NCBI GenBank assembly: GCA_003518365.1
Contig: DOYU01000010.1
Coordinates: forward strand, 1,938-65,937
Source: Candidatus Magasanikiibacteriota bacterium
Lineage (GTDB): Bacteria > Patescibacteriota > Patescibacteriia > Magasanikbacterales > UBA922
DNA: 64,000 nt
Reading direction: 5' to 3'
In this document: positions 1 to 9,090 of the stretch, one piece after another
How positions within the stretch are numbered: the stretch's first letter is position 1
How the letters are laid out: every line of letters begins with the position of its first letter
Position numbers and translations under genes: made by a program
The notes under the pieces: generated by a model
What the model was told of the DNA's origin: nothing
Databases searched by the model: none
Seen by the model: only the letters and a program-made list of their open reading frames with translations

Positions 1-2
1 AC

Positions 3-788
3 GATTATTCCAGTGGTGTTCTTCGAACCGGTCTTTCCATGTTGATTATCACATTGCCTGTATTTCTTGGTACGAGAATATTTCTTGGAAAGATGTATAC
101 CAAGGAGCCAGAGAGAAAGGCGTTCAAAATGCGAAAGTGGCTCATGTATCTTACCTTGTTTATAGCAGCAATTATTGTGATTGTGACGCTCATCACTGTT
201 GTGAATGCATTTCTCTCCGGTGAAATCACGAGTAGATTTATTTTGAAAGCATTGGCAACGGTTGCCGTGGCAGCGCTGGTATTTTCGTATTACTTGCTTG
301 ATGTAAAGGATTCCCTCACAGTACAGAAACGACGTATATATTTGTGGTCGACGAGCATTGTGAGTATTGCATTCGTCGTCCTTACGTTTTTCGTTGTCGG
401 TTCTCCTACACAAGCGCGCTTGCAGCGGTTAGATAATGAGCGCGTGTCAGCACTCCAATCGATTCAATATCAAATAGAGTCATATTATGCAACAAACAAA
501 GAGCTCCCCGAATCGCTTGATGCCTTGAGTGCATTACCTGTTTACGATCGTGTCGAAAATAATTTTATTGACCCGACTACAGAAGAACAATATGGGTATC
601 GTGTAGGTGAGGGTGACAATTATATGCTCTGTGCGACTTTTGATACAAATACAGAAGATACCTCACGAACCGATGCAAACGACTTTTCAAGCCAAGACTG
701 GCAACACCCAGCAGGCGAGTACTGCTTTGCAAAAAGCGCGCCCTCGTTAGGAAATGACTTTCCTCCTGAAAAAACCATGGTTCAGTAA
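3..788 (+). CDS. Membrane protein (DUF5671-like), 5' truncated by window edge
   Basis: Frame is open from position 3; several hydrophobic helices followed by a soluble C-terminus (RLDxxRxxxLxxI...YxLCAxF) typical of CPR DUF5671-type proteins. Confidence 0.65.
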   Translation, partial: DYSSGVLRTGLSMLIITLPVFLGTRIFLGKMYTKEPERKAFKMRKWLMYLTLFIAAIIVIVTLITVVNAFLSGEITSRFILKALATVAVAALVFSYYLLDVKDSLTVQKRRIYLWSTSIVSIAFVVLTFFVVGSPTQARLQRLDNERVSALQSIQYQIESYYATNKELPESLDALSALPVYDRVENNFIDPTTEEQYGYRVGEGDNYMLCATFDTNTEDTSRTDANDFSSQDWQHPAGEYCFAKSAPSLGNDFPPEKTMVQ

Positions 789-806
789 AAAACCTCTATA
801 AAAACG

Positions 807-839
807 AAGACCCGACCGCATGATGCGCTGTCGGGTCTT
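807..839. terminator. GC-rich hairpin, probable bidirectional terminator
   Basis: AAGACCCGAC (807-816) pairs with GTCGGGTCTT (830-839); A-run upstream, T-run downstream. Confidence 0.65.
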
Positions 840-1052
840 TTCGACTCGGGGGCGCTGCGGACGGGCTTTGAGCAGGTCTCGGGACCGGCTAAGTCTCCTT
901 GATTGGTTGGGGCATTCCTTTTTCCTCCGTGGGATCGAAATGTAGTGGCAGTTTACTTTATAAAACAGTTTTTAGTCAATACTAGGCATTTGACCCATAC
1001 ATCAAGTTGAAATGTGTCGCCTGGAGTGATAAGCTGTACACCATACGCATCT

Positions 1053-4016
1053 ATGAAAAAAACACTGCATACTGCACAGCAAGACGCGGTAGACTATATC
1101 GATGGTCCGCTTTTGATTGTGGCAGGAGCAGGGACTGGAAAGACCACGGTGGTGACAGAAAAGATTGCAAGGCTGATCGATGATGGGAAAGCGACTCCGG
1201 AAGAAATTCTCGCTCTTACGTTTACAGAAAAGGCAGCCGCAGAAATGCAAGATCGTGTTGATGATCTGGTGTCACTCGGCTACACAGAAATGCAGATCAG
1301 CACATTTCATAGTTTTTGTCAGAAAATTCTCGAACAATACGGACTTGAAATTGGACTCCCAGATCGGTTCAAACTTTTGACTGAAACAGATGCGTGGCTG
1401 CTCATGAAAAAACATTTGTACGATTTCAAGCTTGATTATTATAGACCACTTGGCAATCCTTCCCGCCATATCCATGCACTCCTCACACACTTCAGCAAAT
1501 GCAAAGATGAATTAATCGCACCAGAAGATTATTTAGCATATGCAGAGAATGTCACACTTGACGGCGATACTACAGAGCAAGATGAAAAATCTCGATTGAC
1601 CGAACTAGCAAACACATATCACGCCTACAATCAGCTTTTGCTCGACAATCAAGCTATGGATTTTGGGGATTTAATTTTTTATACAGTAACACTCTTACGA
1701 GAACGACCTCAGATAAAGAAAAAATTGCAGCAGCAATTCAAGTACGTCCTCATCGATGAATTTCAAGATGTGAATTATGCACAATATGAGCTTGTGCAGC
1801 TTTTGACAGATAGTCCGGATGTCCAACTCACTGTGGTGGGGGATGACGATCAGAGTATCTATGCATTTCGTGGTGCAAGTGTGAGCAATATCCTGCGTTT
1901 TAAAGATGATTATCATGATGCAAAAGAAGTCGTGCTCACAGAGAATTATCGTTCTGGTCAGGCAATTTTAGATAGCGCCTACACGCTTATTCAACACAAC
2001 AACCCGGATAGACTTGAAGAAAAACTTGGTATTGAAAAAAAATTGCACGCAGCAAATGAGATTGACGCTGCAGTGACACATCTTCATGCCGCAACGCTTG
2101 ATGACGAAGTTGCTTCTGTTGTTCAACAGATACAGCAAATACAACAAACAGATAAAGATGTCACCTGGGACGATATCGCTATTTTGGTACGTGCGAATAA
2201 CCACGCAACTGTATTTATGGAGGCGCTCACCCTGGCTGGAATTCCCTATGAATTTTTGAGTTCTAGTGGATTGTATCGACAGAATATTGTGATCGATGCG
2301 GTCAATGTGTTTAAAGTCATGGATTCGTATAAGGATTCTGCTGCCATCTATCGCGTGCTCCAGATGCCATGCTTTGCATTTTCAGAGCGAGATATGCATG
2401 AGTTTTTGAGCTTTGCGAAGAAAAATTCACTGCCATATTACGAAGCGCTAAAACGGACTGATGAAATTATTCTTTCAAAAGAAGCAAAAGATACATGTAA
2501 AAAGATTGTCAAATTAATGACGTCCAGCATAAAGAAAGCAAGATTTGAAAAACCGACAACAGTATTGCATCATTTTTTTGAAGAAAGTGGCTATTTTACG
2601 TATCTCACAAAGGAAGAAGAAAAAGGAAATAGAGATGTAATACGTTCTATCGCGCATCTCAAACAATTTTTTGATTATATTCACGCGTACGAACTGACGG
2701 GTGGACATATTGATGTGAGAAGTTTTTTGGAATATTTTAACGACGTGCTCGAGAGTGGTGACAATGGAAAAGTGTATCAACCCAGTGATACGCCAGACTC
2801 CGTCAATATCATGACCGTACACGCATCAAAAGGACTCGAATTCCAATACGTTTTTGTTGTAAACTGTGTCGAAGAGAGGTTTCCAACACGACGCAAGGGC
2901 GGTGATATAGAATTGCCAGATGAACTCGTAAAAGAAGTGTTGCCAGAAGGGGATTATCATTATCAGGAAGAACGCCGTCTTTTCTACGTTGCCATGACAC
3001 GCGCAAAGAAGCAGCTCTTTCTCACCAGTGCCGACGATTATGGCGGATCAAGAAAAAAGAAAGTATCAAGGTTTGTCGCAGAAACAGGTGACACACTCGC
3101 AGCAGGACAATTTCCAATTTCTCCGACCGAGGCTGATCCCGCTTTGCGGGACAATTTCCAATCATTCATGGCAGGAAAGGCAAACAAGAATGATGAACAA
3201 CCTATTTTTGAAGGTCTATACAAACTCCCCAAAACATTCTCCTTTTCCCAAATCCGCGCATTCCAAGTCTGCCCGTATCAATACAAAATTTCGTATATTC
3301 TTAAAATCCCAATGAAAGGGTCGCATTATTTTAGTTTTGGAAATTCCATCCATCTGACCATGCAACGATTCTACGAGCGTGTGCAACAGCTCAATAGTGT
3401 CACGCAAGGATCATTATTTGATCTTGCGCCAGTTCCTGAGAAAAAAGAGGAAGGCATTGTTGTTCCTGCGCTCGATGAATTACTTACCATCTACGAAGGC
3501 GCGTGGATAGGGGATTGGTATCAGGATGAACGCCAGCGAACATGCTATCATGAAAAAGGGAAAGAACTTTTGAAAACGTTTTACAAAAAAAATGAAAATA
3601 ATTGGACCATTCCCGTGGCGCTGGAAGGTGGGTTTCGAATCAAAGTTGGAAAGCATGTTATTACTGGAAAGATAGACCGTGTTGATCAGCTTCCTGACGG
3701 AACGCTTGCAATCATAGATTATAAAACAGGCGCACCAAAAGAAAAACTCGATACAGATGATAAACAACAACTCTTGCTCTACCAAAAAGCTGCAACAGAG
3801 CTGCCACAATATCGAAATATCGGTCCTACAAGTAATCTTGTCTATTACTATATTGCCGACGATATAGAGACATCGTTTCTGGGTACAGAAAAAGAACTTG
3901 CTTCATTTGAGGATAAGATCCTGAAAACGCTCGATGAAATGCATGACACTGATTTCCGAAAGATTTCACGAGAAGATGGATGTGGACGCTGTGATGTATG
4001 TACGTCACTTATATGA
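1053..4016 (+). CDS. UvrD/PcrA-family SF1 helicase with C-terminal PD-(D/E)XK nuclease (AdnA/AddA-like)
   Basis: Walker A AGAGTGKT, DEFQD, VGDDDQSIYAFRGA, TVHASKGLEF, EERRLFYVAMTRA; C-terminal GKIDRVD..IIDYKTG with Cys pattern VCP...CxxCxxC; start placed at MKKTLH. Confidence 0.9.
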   Translation: MKKTLHTAQQDAVDYIDGPLLIVAGAGTGKTTVVTEKIARLIDDGKATPEEILALTFTEKAAAEMQDRVDDLVSLGYTEMQISTFHSFCQKILEQYGLEIGLPDRFKLLTETDAWLLMKKHLYDFKLDYYRPLGNPSRHIHALLTHFSKCKDELIAPEDYLAYAENVTLDGDTTEQDEKSRLTELANTYHAYNQLLLDNQAMDFGDLIFYTVTLLRERPQIKKKLQQQFKYVLIDEFQDVNYAQYELVQLLTDSPDVQLTVVGDDDQSIYAFRGASVSNILRFKDDYHDAKEVVLTENYRSGQAILDSAYTLIQHNNPDRLEEKLGIEKKLHAANEIDAAVTHLHAATLDDEVASVVQQIQQIQQTDKDVTWDDIAILVRANNHATVFMEALTLAGIPYEFLSSSGLYRQNIVIDAVNVFKVMDSYKDSAAIYRVLQMPCFAFSERDMHEFLSFAKKNSLPYYEALKRTDEIILSKEAKDTCKKIVKLMTSSIKKARFEKPTTVLHHFFEESGYFTYLTKEEEKGNRDVIRSIAHLKQFFDYIHAYELTGGHIDVRSFLEYFNDVLESGDNGKVYQPSDTPDSVNIMTVHASKGLEFQYVFVVNCVEERFPTRRKGGDIELPDELVKEVLPEGDYHYQEERRLFYVAMTRAKKQLFLTSADDYGGSRKKKVSRFVAETGDTLAAGQFPISPTEADPALRDNFQSFMAGKANKNDEQPIFEGLYKLPKTFSFSQIRAFQVCPYQYKISYILKIPMKGSHYFSFGNSIHLTMQRFYERVQQLNSVTQGSLFDLAPVPEKKEEGIVVPALDELLTIYEGAWIGDWYQDERQRTCYHEKGKELLKTFYKKNENNWTIPVALEGGFRIKVGKHVITGKIDRVDQLPDGTLAIIDYKTGAPKEKLDTDDKQQLLLYQKAATELPQYRNIGPTSNLVYYYIADDIETSFLGTEKELASFEDKILKTLDEMHDTDFRKISREDGCGRCDVCTSLI
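3105..3162. repeat. In-frame palindromic insert flanked by 14-bp direct repeats within the helicase gene
   Basis: GGACAATTTCCAAT at 3105-3118 and 3149-3162; hairpin TCCCGC-TTT-GCGGGA at 3137-3151. Confidence 0.7.
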
Positions 4017-4528
4017 TCTATTGGATTGTCGTCATTCCAGCGTTTGGTGTCATTTTATTTATTGGGATATTTTCTTTTTGGAATCTGTATGCCATTGTAC
4101 GCGGGGCTCCATTTGTTCCCTCGGCAGCAAAACGAGTTGCGGCAATGATATCAGTTGCGCAGCTCCAAAAAACAGATGTACTCCTAGATCTAGGTTCTGG
4201 AGATGGCAGGATTGTGAGACGAGTCGCGCCGCTCGTACTCGAAGCGCGTGGTATAGAAATCAATCCCTCGCTTGTGCTCTGGTCCAGATTCATGAATGTG
4301 CTACTCCGAAAGAAAAAGATATACATTCACTGTGCAGATTTTTGGAACTACAATATTGCGGATGTGGATGTCCTATTTGTCTATTGCATTGATAGCAAAA
4401 TGAATCGACTCGAAGCAAAAATACAAAAAGAAATGAAGCCCGGATCTCGCGTGGTCTCAAACGGGTTCATATTCCCAGCTTGGACGCCTGCGAAGGAAGT
4501 GGATGGGGTGCGGTTATACCTGCTGTGA
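4013..4528 (+). CDS. Class I SAM-dependent methyltransferase with N-terminal membrane anchor
   Basis: GAPFVPS, LDLGSGDGR, GIEINP motifs; ATGA overlap with the helicase stop. Confidence 0.85.
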   Translation: MIYWIVVIPAFGVILFIGIFSFWNLYAIVRGAPFVPSAAKRVAAMISVAQLQKTDVLLDLGSGDGRIVRRVAPLVLEARGIEINPSLVLWSRFMNVLLRKKKIYIHCADFWNYNIADVDVLFVYCIDSKMNRLEAKIQKEMKPGSRVVSNGFIFPAWTPAKEVDGVRLYLL

Positions 4529-4562
4529 CTTCTGATTTGAGTGTGCTATAGTATACGTAAAG

Positions 4563-4630
4563 AATTCAAAATAACCAAGAATTGGACAAAGTATTAGAAA
4601 TTAGGTGAATTAGTAATTTTGAATTTGGTA
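4563..4630. repeat. Degenerate ~7-nt tandem array with inverted ends
   Basis: tattaga/aattagg/...taatttt/gaatttg units; AATTCAAAAT at the left end is the reverse complement of ATTTTGAATT at the right end. Confidence 0.45.
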
Positions 4631-4633
4631 TCT

Positions 4634-4933
4634 ATGTCGTTTACACCACTTGGAGATGCCCTCCATGATAAAATCAAGAATGACCCCGCACTTCAGAGTC
4701 AGATCGATTCTACGGAGGCTATTGAGATCGCAAATGAGGTTTTTATGGAATTATTTGGGGAAGAGCTCGCTCCGCATGCAAAACCACTTTTTTTGAAAAA
4801 TCGTACTTTGACTGTGTCTTGTACCAGCTCTGCCATGGCAAATGAAATTCGGCTCAATCAGGCAAAAATTGTAGATACAGTAAATAAGAAAATGGGGAAG
4901 AATGAAGTCGATAGGATTCGGTATTTGGCCTGA
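4634..4933 (+). CDS. DUF721/DciA-family protein
   Basis: LKNRTLTVSCTSSAMANEIRL...I...N.....V..IR pattern of DUF721. Confidence 0.7.
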   Translation: MSFTPLGDALHDKIKNDPALQSQIDSTEAIEIANEVFMELFGEELAPHAKPLFLKNRTLTVSCTSSAMANEIRLNQAKIVDTVNKKMGKNEVDRIRYLA

Positions 4934-5001
4934 TTGACAGTCACAACCTTCTCAATGCAAGCCCTTGCCGAAAAGGGTTTTTTTCGTTAGAATGGGTACA
5001 T

Positions 5002-5418
5002 ATGACTATTCGTCAATTTATCACAATCATGGTTTTTGGTACCCTCATGTGTTGGTCTGGGTGGGGCGTTGTGTTATGGAATATTGATCCTTACGAAGCT
5101 GGAGTACTCAGTTTTTTGTTTTTCTATATTACACTGTTTTTGGCATTAACCGGGACTATCTCAACAGCTCTCTATACAGTGTATCACTTTTTTGGCGACG
5201 TGCAGGTTCCTGTATTCCGCTATGTCCAAAAAAGTATGGGCTATGGACTCATTGTATCTTCTCTTGTTGTATTTATTATCCTGGCTCAGATGTTTCGATT
5301 ACTTAATGTATGGAGCATCTCATTGCTTGTCCTTATCGCTGCATTCTTTATCTCACTCAAGCTCTCGAGACGACGACCGTATATTCCAACATATGAACCA
5401 GAGACAAACAGATTCTAA
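5002..5418 (+). CDS. Conserved four-TM membrane protein
   Basis: Four hydrophobic segments with an NIDP motif. Confidence 0.7.
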   Translation: MTIRQFITIMVFGTLMCWSGWGVVLWNIDPYEAGVLSFLFFYITLFLALTGTISTALYTVYHFFGDVQVPVFRYVQKSMGYGLIVSSLVVFIILAQMFRLLNVWSISLLVLIAAFFISLKLSRRRPYIPTYEPETNRF

Positions 5419-5436
5419 TAGCTGAACATAATTTTT

Positions 5437-6684
5437 ATGAGACAATCATCCCTGTTCACCAAAACAAAGAAAGAAGTACCAAAAGATGAAGCCGCAAAAA
5501 ATGCGCAGTTGCTTATAAAGGCTGGCTTTATTTATAAAGAAATGGCAGGCGTCTATGCATATCTGCCACTTGGGCTTCGTGTCCTCGAAAAGATAAAACA
5601 AATTGTGAGGGAGGAAATGAATGCCATTGGGGGGCAGGAATTCATCATGTCTGCGATTCAACGAAAAGAACTGTGGGAAAAAACTGACCGATGGAGCGAT
5701 GACAATGTCGATGTGTGGTTTAAGTCTGCGTTAAAAAATGGTACTGAAATCGGATTTGGATGGTCACATGAAGAACCTATTACAGAGTTGATGAAACAAT
5801 ATCTGACCAGTTATCGTGATTTGCCTACGTATGTATATCAATTTCAGACAAAACTTCGTAATGAATTGAGAGCAAAAAGTGGTATCATGCGGGGAAGAGA
5901 ATTTATCATGAAGGATATGTATTCATATTCCTTGAATCCTGAACAACATCAAAAATTTTATGATGCTGTTATAGAAGCATATCTGAAAGTATTTTCCCGA
6001 GTTGGCCTTGGTGAAGATACATATGTAACATTTGCAACAGGTGGAGCATTCACACAATTTAGCCATGAATTTCAGACAATTACTGACGCGGGTGAGGATG
6101 TCATTTATGTGAATAGGGAAAAGCATATTGCCGTGAATGAAGAAGTCATGAGCGACAAAGTTCTCGAAGAACTTGGAGTTACAAAAGAAGAACTTGAAAA
6201 AGTAAAAACGGCGGAAGTAGGGAATATCTTTAATTTTGGTACAGTAAAATGTGAGCAACTTGGATTGTCTATTGTCGATGCACAGGGGCAATCAGTCCCA
6301 GTCCATCTTGGCTCCTACGGAATTGGTATTACTCGACTTATGGGAGTCATCGTAGAACATTTTTCTGATGAAAAGGGTATCGTATGGCCAAAAGAAGTGG
6401 CACCATTTCAAGTCCATCTCGTATCACTCTGTAAGGAAGAAGCTGATGTCGCGAAAGCTGACGCACTATACAAGGAGTTGCAAGGCGCTGGTGTAGAAGT
6501 TCTCTACGATGATCGAGATGTTCGACCAGGTGAAAAATTTGCTGACAGCGATCTCATGGGAATGCCACTGCGTATTGTGATCAGTCCGCGCTCACTCGAG
6601 AGTGGACAAGTGGAATTCAAATATCGTGCATCTGGAGAAGAAACAATGGTTGCTTTCGAACAAGTTGTATCAGAATTGAACTAA
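5437..6684 (+). CDS. proS: Prolyl-tRNA synthetase (short form without INS editing domain)
   Basis: MRQSSLF, GVYAYLPLG, RGREFIMKDMYS, SYGIGITRL and an anticodon-binding domain; 415 aa. Confidence 0.95.
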   Translation: MRQSSLFTKTKKEVPKDEAAKNAQLLIKAGFIYKEMAGVYAYLPLGLRVLEKIKQIVREEMNAIGGQEFIMSAIQRKELWEKTDRWSDDNVDVWFKSALKNGTEIGFGWSHEEPITELMKQYLTSYRDLPTYVYQFQTKLRNELRAKSGIMRGREFIMKDMYSYSLNPEQHQKFYDAVIEAYLKVFSRVGLGEDTYVTFATGGAFTQFSHEFQTITDAGEDVIYVNREKHIAVNEEVMSDKVLEELGVTKEELEKVKTAEVGNIFNFGTVKCEQLGLSIVDAQGQSVPVHLGSYGIGITRLMGVIVEHFSDEKGIVWPKEVAPFQVHLVSLCKEEADVAKADALYKELQGAGVEVLYDDRDVRPGEKFADSDLMGMPLRIVISPRSLESGQVEFKYRASGEETMVAFEQVVSELN

Positions 6685-6687
6685 GCT

Positions 6688-7731
6688 ATGTTCAAAAATT
6701 TTACACAAAGATTTAGTCGCGATATTGGTATTGATCTTGGCACGGCCAACACCCTTGTCTACATCCCAGAGAAAGGTATTGTTGTTGATGAACCCTCGGT
6801 TGTCGCGATTCATAATAAAACAGGGCAGATTCTTGCGGTGGGGAATGAAGCAAAGTACATGATCGGAAAGACGCCACCCCATATTACGGTCACAAAACCG
6901 CTCAGTCATGGGGTCATCTCAGACTATGAAGTGACCGAAAAGATGTTGAAATATTTTATTGATAAAGTGCACGAAGACAGTCGTTCGTTTATGACACGCC
7001 CTAGGGTCGTCGTCTGTGTGCCCCTCGAAGTCACAGAGGTAGAGGTAAAAGCTGTAGAAGATGCAGCAGTGGCAGCAGGGGCAAAAGAAGTTCATGTGGT
7101 CCAAGAGCCAATGGCCGCGGCGATTGGTGTACGCATGCCCATTCAAGATCCTGTGGGGAATATGATTATTGATATTGGTGGGGGAAACACGGACGTTGCG
7201 GTGATTTCTTTGAGTGGCATTGTGACATGGAAATCCACAGAAATAGCAGGAGATGAAATGAATAAAAATATTGTTCAGTACGCACGAGAAGTATTCAATC
7301 TTCTGATTGGAGAGACCTATGCTGAGCAAATGAAGATAAAAATTGGATCAGCAATACTTTCTCCTGAACGTATGGAATTTCCTATGCGTGGTCGGGATGT
7401 TGTCAGTGGATTGCCAAGAGAGATCATGGTGACAAATGAACATATTCATGAGGCATTGGAACGTTCTGTAAATACCATTATTAGCCTTATAAAAACCACT
7501 TTGGAGCAAACACCGCCAGAATTGACGGCAGATATTCATGAGCGAGGCGTACTACTTACAGGTGGTGGGGCGATGCTTCGGGCGCTTGACACGATCATTG
7601 CTCGTGCTATCGAGATCCCTGTCCGAGTATCGAGTGATCCACTGACGGATGTAGTACGAGGTACCGGTATTCTTCTCGAAGATAGAGAGTTACTAAAGGA
7701 AATAGAATTGCCATCTGCTCGCGTGGCATAA
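6688..7731 (+). CDS. mreB: Rod shape-determining protein MreB
   Basis: DIGIDLGTANT, EPSVVA, DIGGG, LTGGGA. Confidence 0.95.
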   Translation: MFKNFTQRFSRDIGIDLGTANTLVYIPEKGIVVDEPSVVAIHNKTGQILAVGNEAKYMIGKTPPHITVTKPLSHGVISDYEVTEKMLKYFIDKVHEDSRSFMTRPRVVVCVPLEVTEVEVKAVEDAAVAAGAKEVHVVQEPMAAAIGVRMPIQDPVGNMIIDIGGGNTDVAVISLSGIVTWKSTEIAGDEMNKNIVQYAREVFNLLIGETYAEQMKIKIGSAILSPERMEFPMRGRDVVSGLPREIMVTNEHIHEALERSVNTIISLIKTTLEQTPPELTADIHERGVLLTGGGAMLRALDTIIARAIEIPVRVSSDPLTDVVRGTGILLEDRELLKEIELPSARVA

Positions 7732-7756
7732 TATCTATCCTTTTACGTATGTTATT

Positions 7757-8575
7757 ATGAATAGTCCTCGTTTTTTTAGGTCATTTCTTTGGTTGACAGT
7801 GCTTCTCTTAGTCGTTGTCATTTTGCATATTTCAGGCGTACTCCATTTTATCGAAACGCCTCTTACCAGAATGTTGTACAAGGGAAGTCAAGCCCTCTAC
7901 ACGCTGACAATTACAGGAGAAGACGATGTGTATCTGAAGACACTCACTGGAGAGGAATTGCGTCAGGCATATATGGGACTGCAAGAACGATATAATAATA
8001 TCGTCGTCGATGTTGCGCAGATAAAGGAATTGCAAAAAGAAAATGAAAATTTAAAGGAACAACTACAATTTTTTTCAGAAAAGGATTGGACATATTACAC
8101 TGGACGAGTCACAGGAAAGCAAATAAATCCGTTTGAAAGTACTATTTTAATGTATATCGACCATGCATCAGAGACAATTCCTGTCGGCGCGCCTGCGATT
8201 ACAAAGAGTGGCATATTTGTAGGAACAGTGGTGGCGGTTGATGGAAACATTATAAATATTCAGCTTCTGAACGATGGGCGAACGAAAGTTGGTGCATCAT
8301 TTTTGAATGATGAGCGAACCATCGGTGTAGCGGAAGGTGGGTATGGAAAAAGCATTCGAGTGAATTTTATTCCACAAAATGAGAAGATTGCAGCAGGGGA
8401 CATCGTGGTCACATCTGGACTCACACAGCTCATCCCGTATGGATTACCAATAGGCACAATAGAAACAGTAGAAAAAGAGCCGTATGAACCATTTCAAAGT
8501 GCAGTTTTGACACCACTTGCTGCACCAAATAGCTTAGAAGTCATTTCTATAATAGTAGAACAGATAGCAACATGA
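7757..8575 (+). CDS. mreC: Rod shape-determining protein MreC
   Basis: N-terminal TM, LxxENxxLxxxL coiled coil, GDIVVTSGL..P.GLPIG; synteny with mreB. Confidence 0.9.
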   Translation: MNSPRFFRSFLWLTVLLLVVVILHISGVLHFIETPLTRMLYKGSQALYTLTITGEDDVYLKTLTGEELRQAYMGLQERYNNIVVDVAQIKELQKENENLKEQLQFFSEKDWTYYTGRVTGKQINPFESTILMYIDHASETIPVGAPAITKSGIFVGTVVAVDGNIINIQLLNDGRTKVGASFLNDERTIGVAEGGYGKSIRVNFIPQNEKIAAGDIVVTSGLTQLIPYGLPIGTIETVEKEPYEPFQSAVLTPLAAPNSLEVISIIVEQIAT

Positions 8576-9084
8576 AAACATTTTTTCATATACTCCAACT
8601 TTGTATTTTTGTCTTGCTATTGCTCATGATACAATTTGGTGCTAGTTATGTTCTCCCTTTTCCCTGGAATGCGTTGCATGTGCCAACAAGCATCACTGTT
8701 ATATATTTGATCATGAAAGAAAAAAGACGCATTATTTGGTATATGTTTGGATTCCTATTCCTTCTCGAGTTACTTGTTCCTTCTGAAATATTTGGGAGTC
8801 TGCTCATTCCGGGTGTGCTCAGTGCATTTATTGCATACTGGTGCCACAGATTTTTCTTTACCAATAGGTCACTATATACAGGTATACTATTGACGATTAT
8901 TGCATTATTGAGTTTTCATGTTGGGCAAATTGTATATCAGTTTTTTTCACATTTACTTATGTTGAGGATTGGGTATGTACCAAATGTTCATGTACGACTT
9001 CTTCTTGTTGAAGGAGGAATGACTCTGGGAATCAATATTGTTATACTATTTTTCCTTTTAAAAAGACATGTTCTGTTTGCCTAA
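8572..9084 (+). CDS. mreD: MreD-like membrane protein
   Basis: Polytopic 170-aa protein between mreC and pbp2. Confidence 0.6.
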   Translation: MKTFFHILQLCIFVLLLLMIQFGASYVLPFPWNALHVPTSITVIYLIMKEKRRIIWYMFGFLFLLELLVPSEIFGSLLIPGVLSAFIAYWCHRFFFTNRSLYTGILLTIIALLSFHVGQIVYQFFSHLLMLRIGYVPNVHVRLLLVEGGMTLGINIVILFFLLKRHVLFA

Positions 9085-9090
9085 TCCTAT

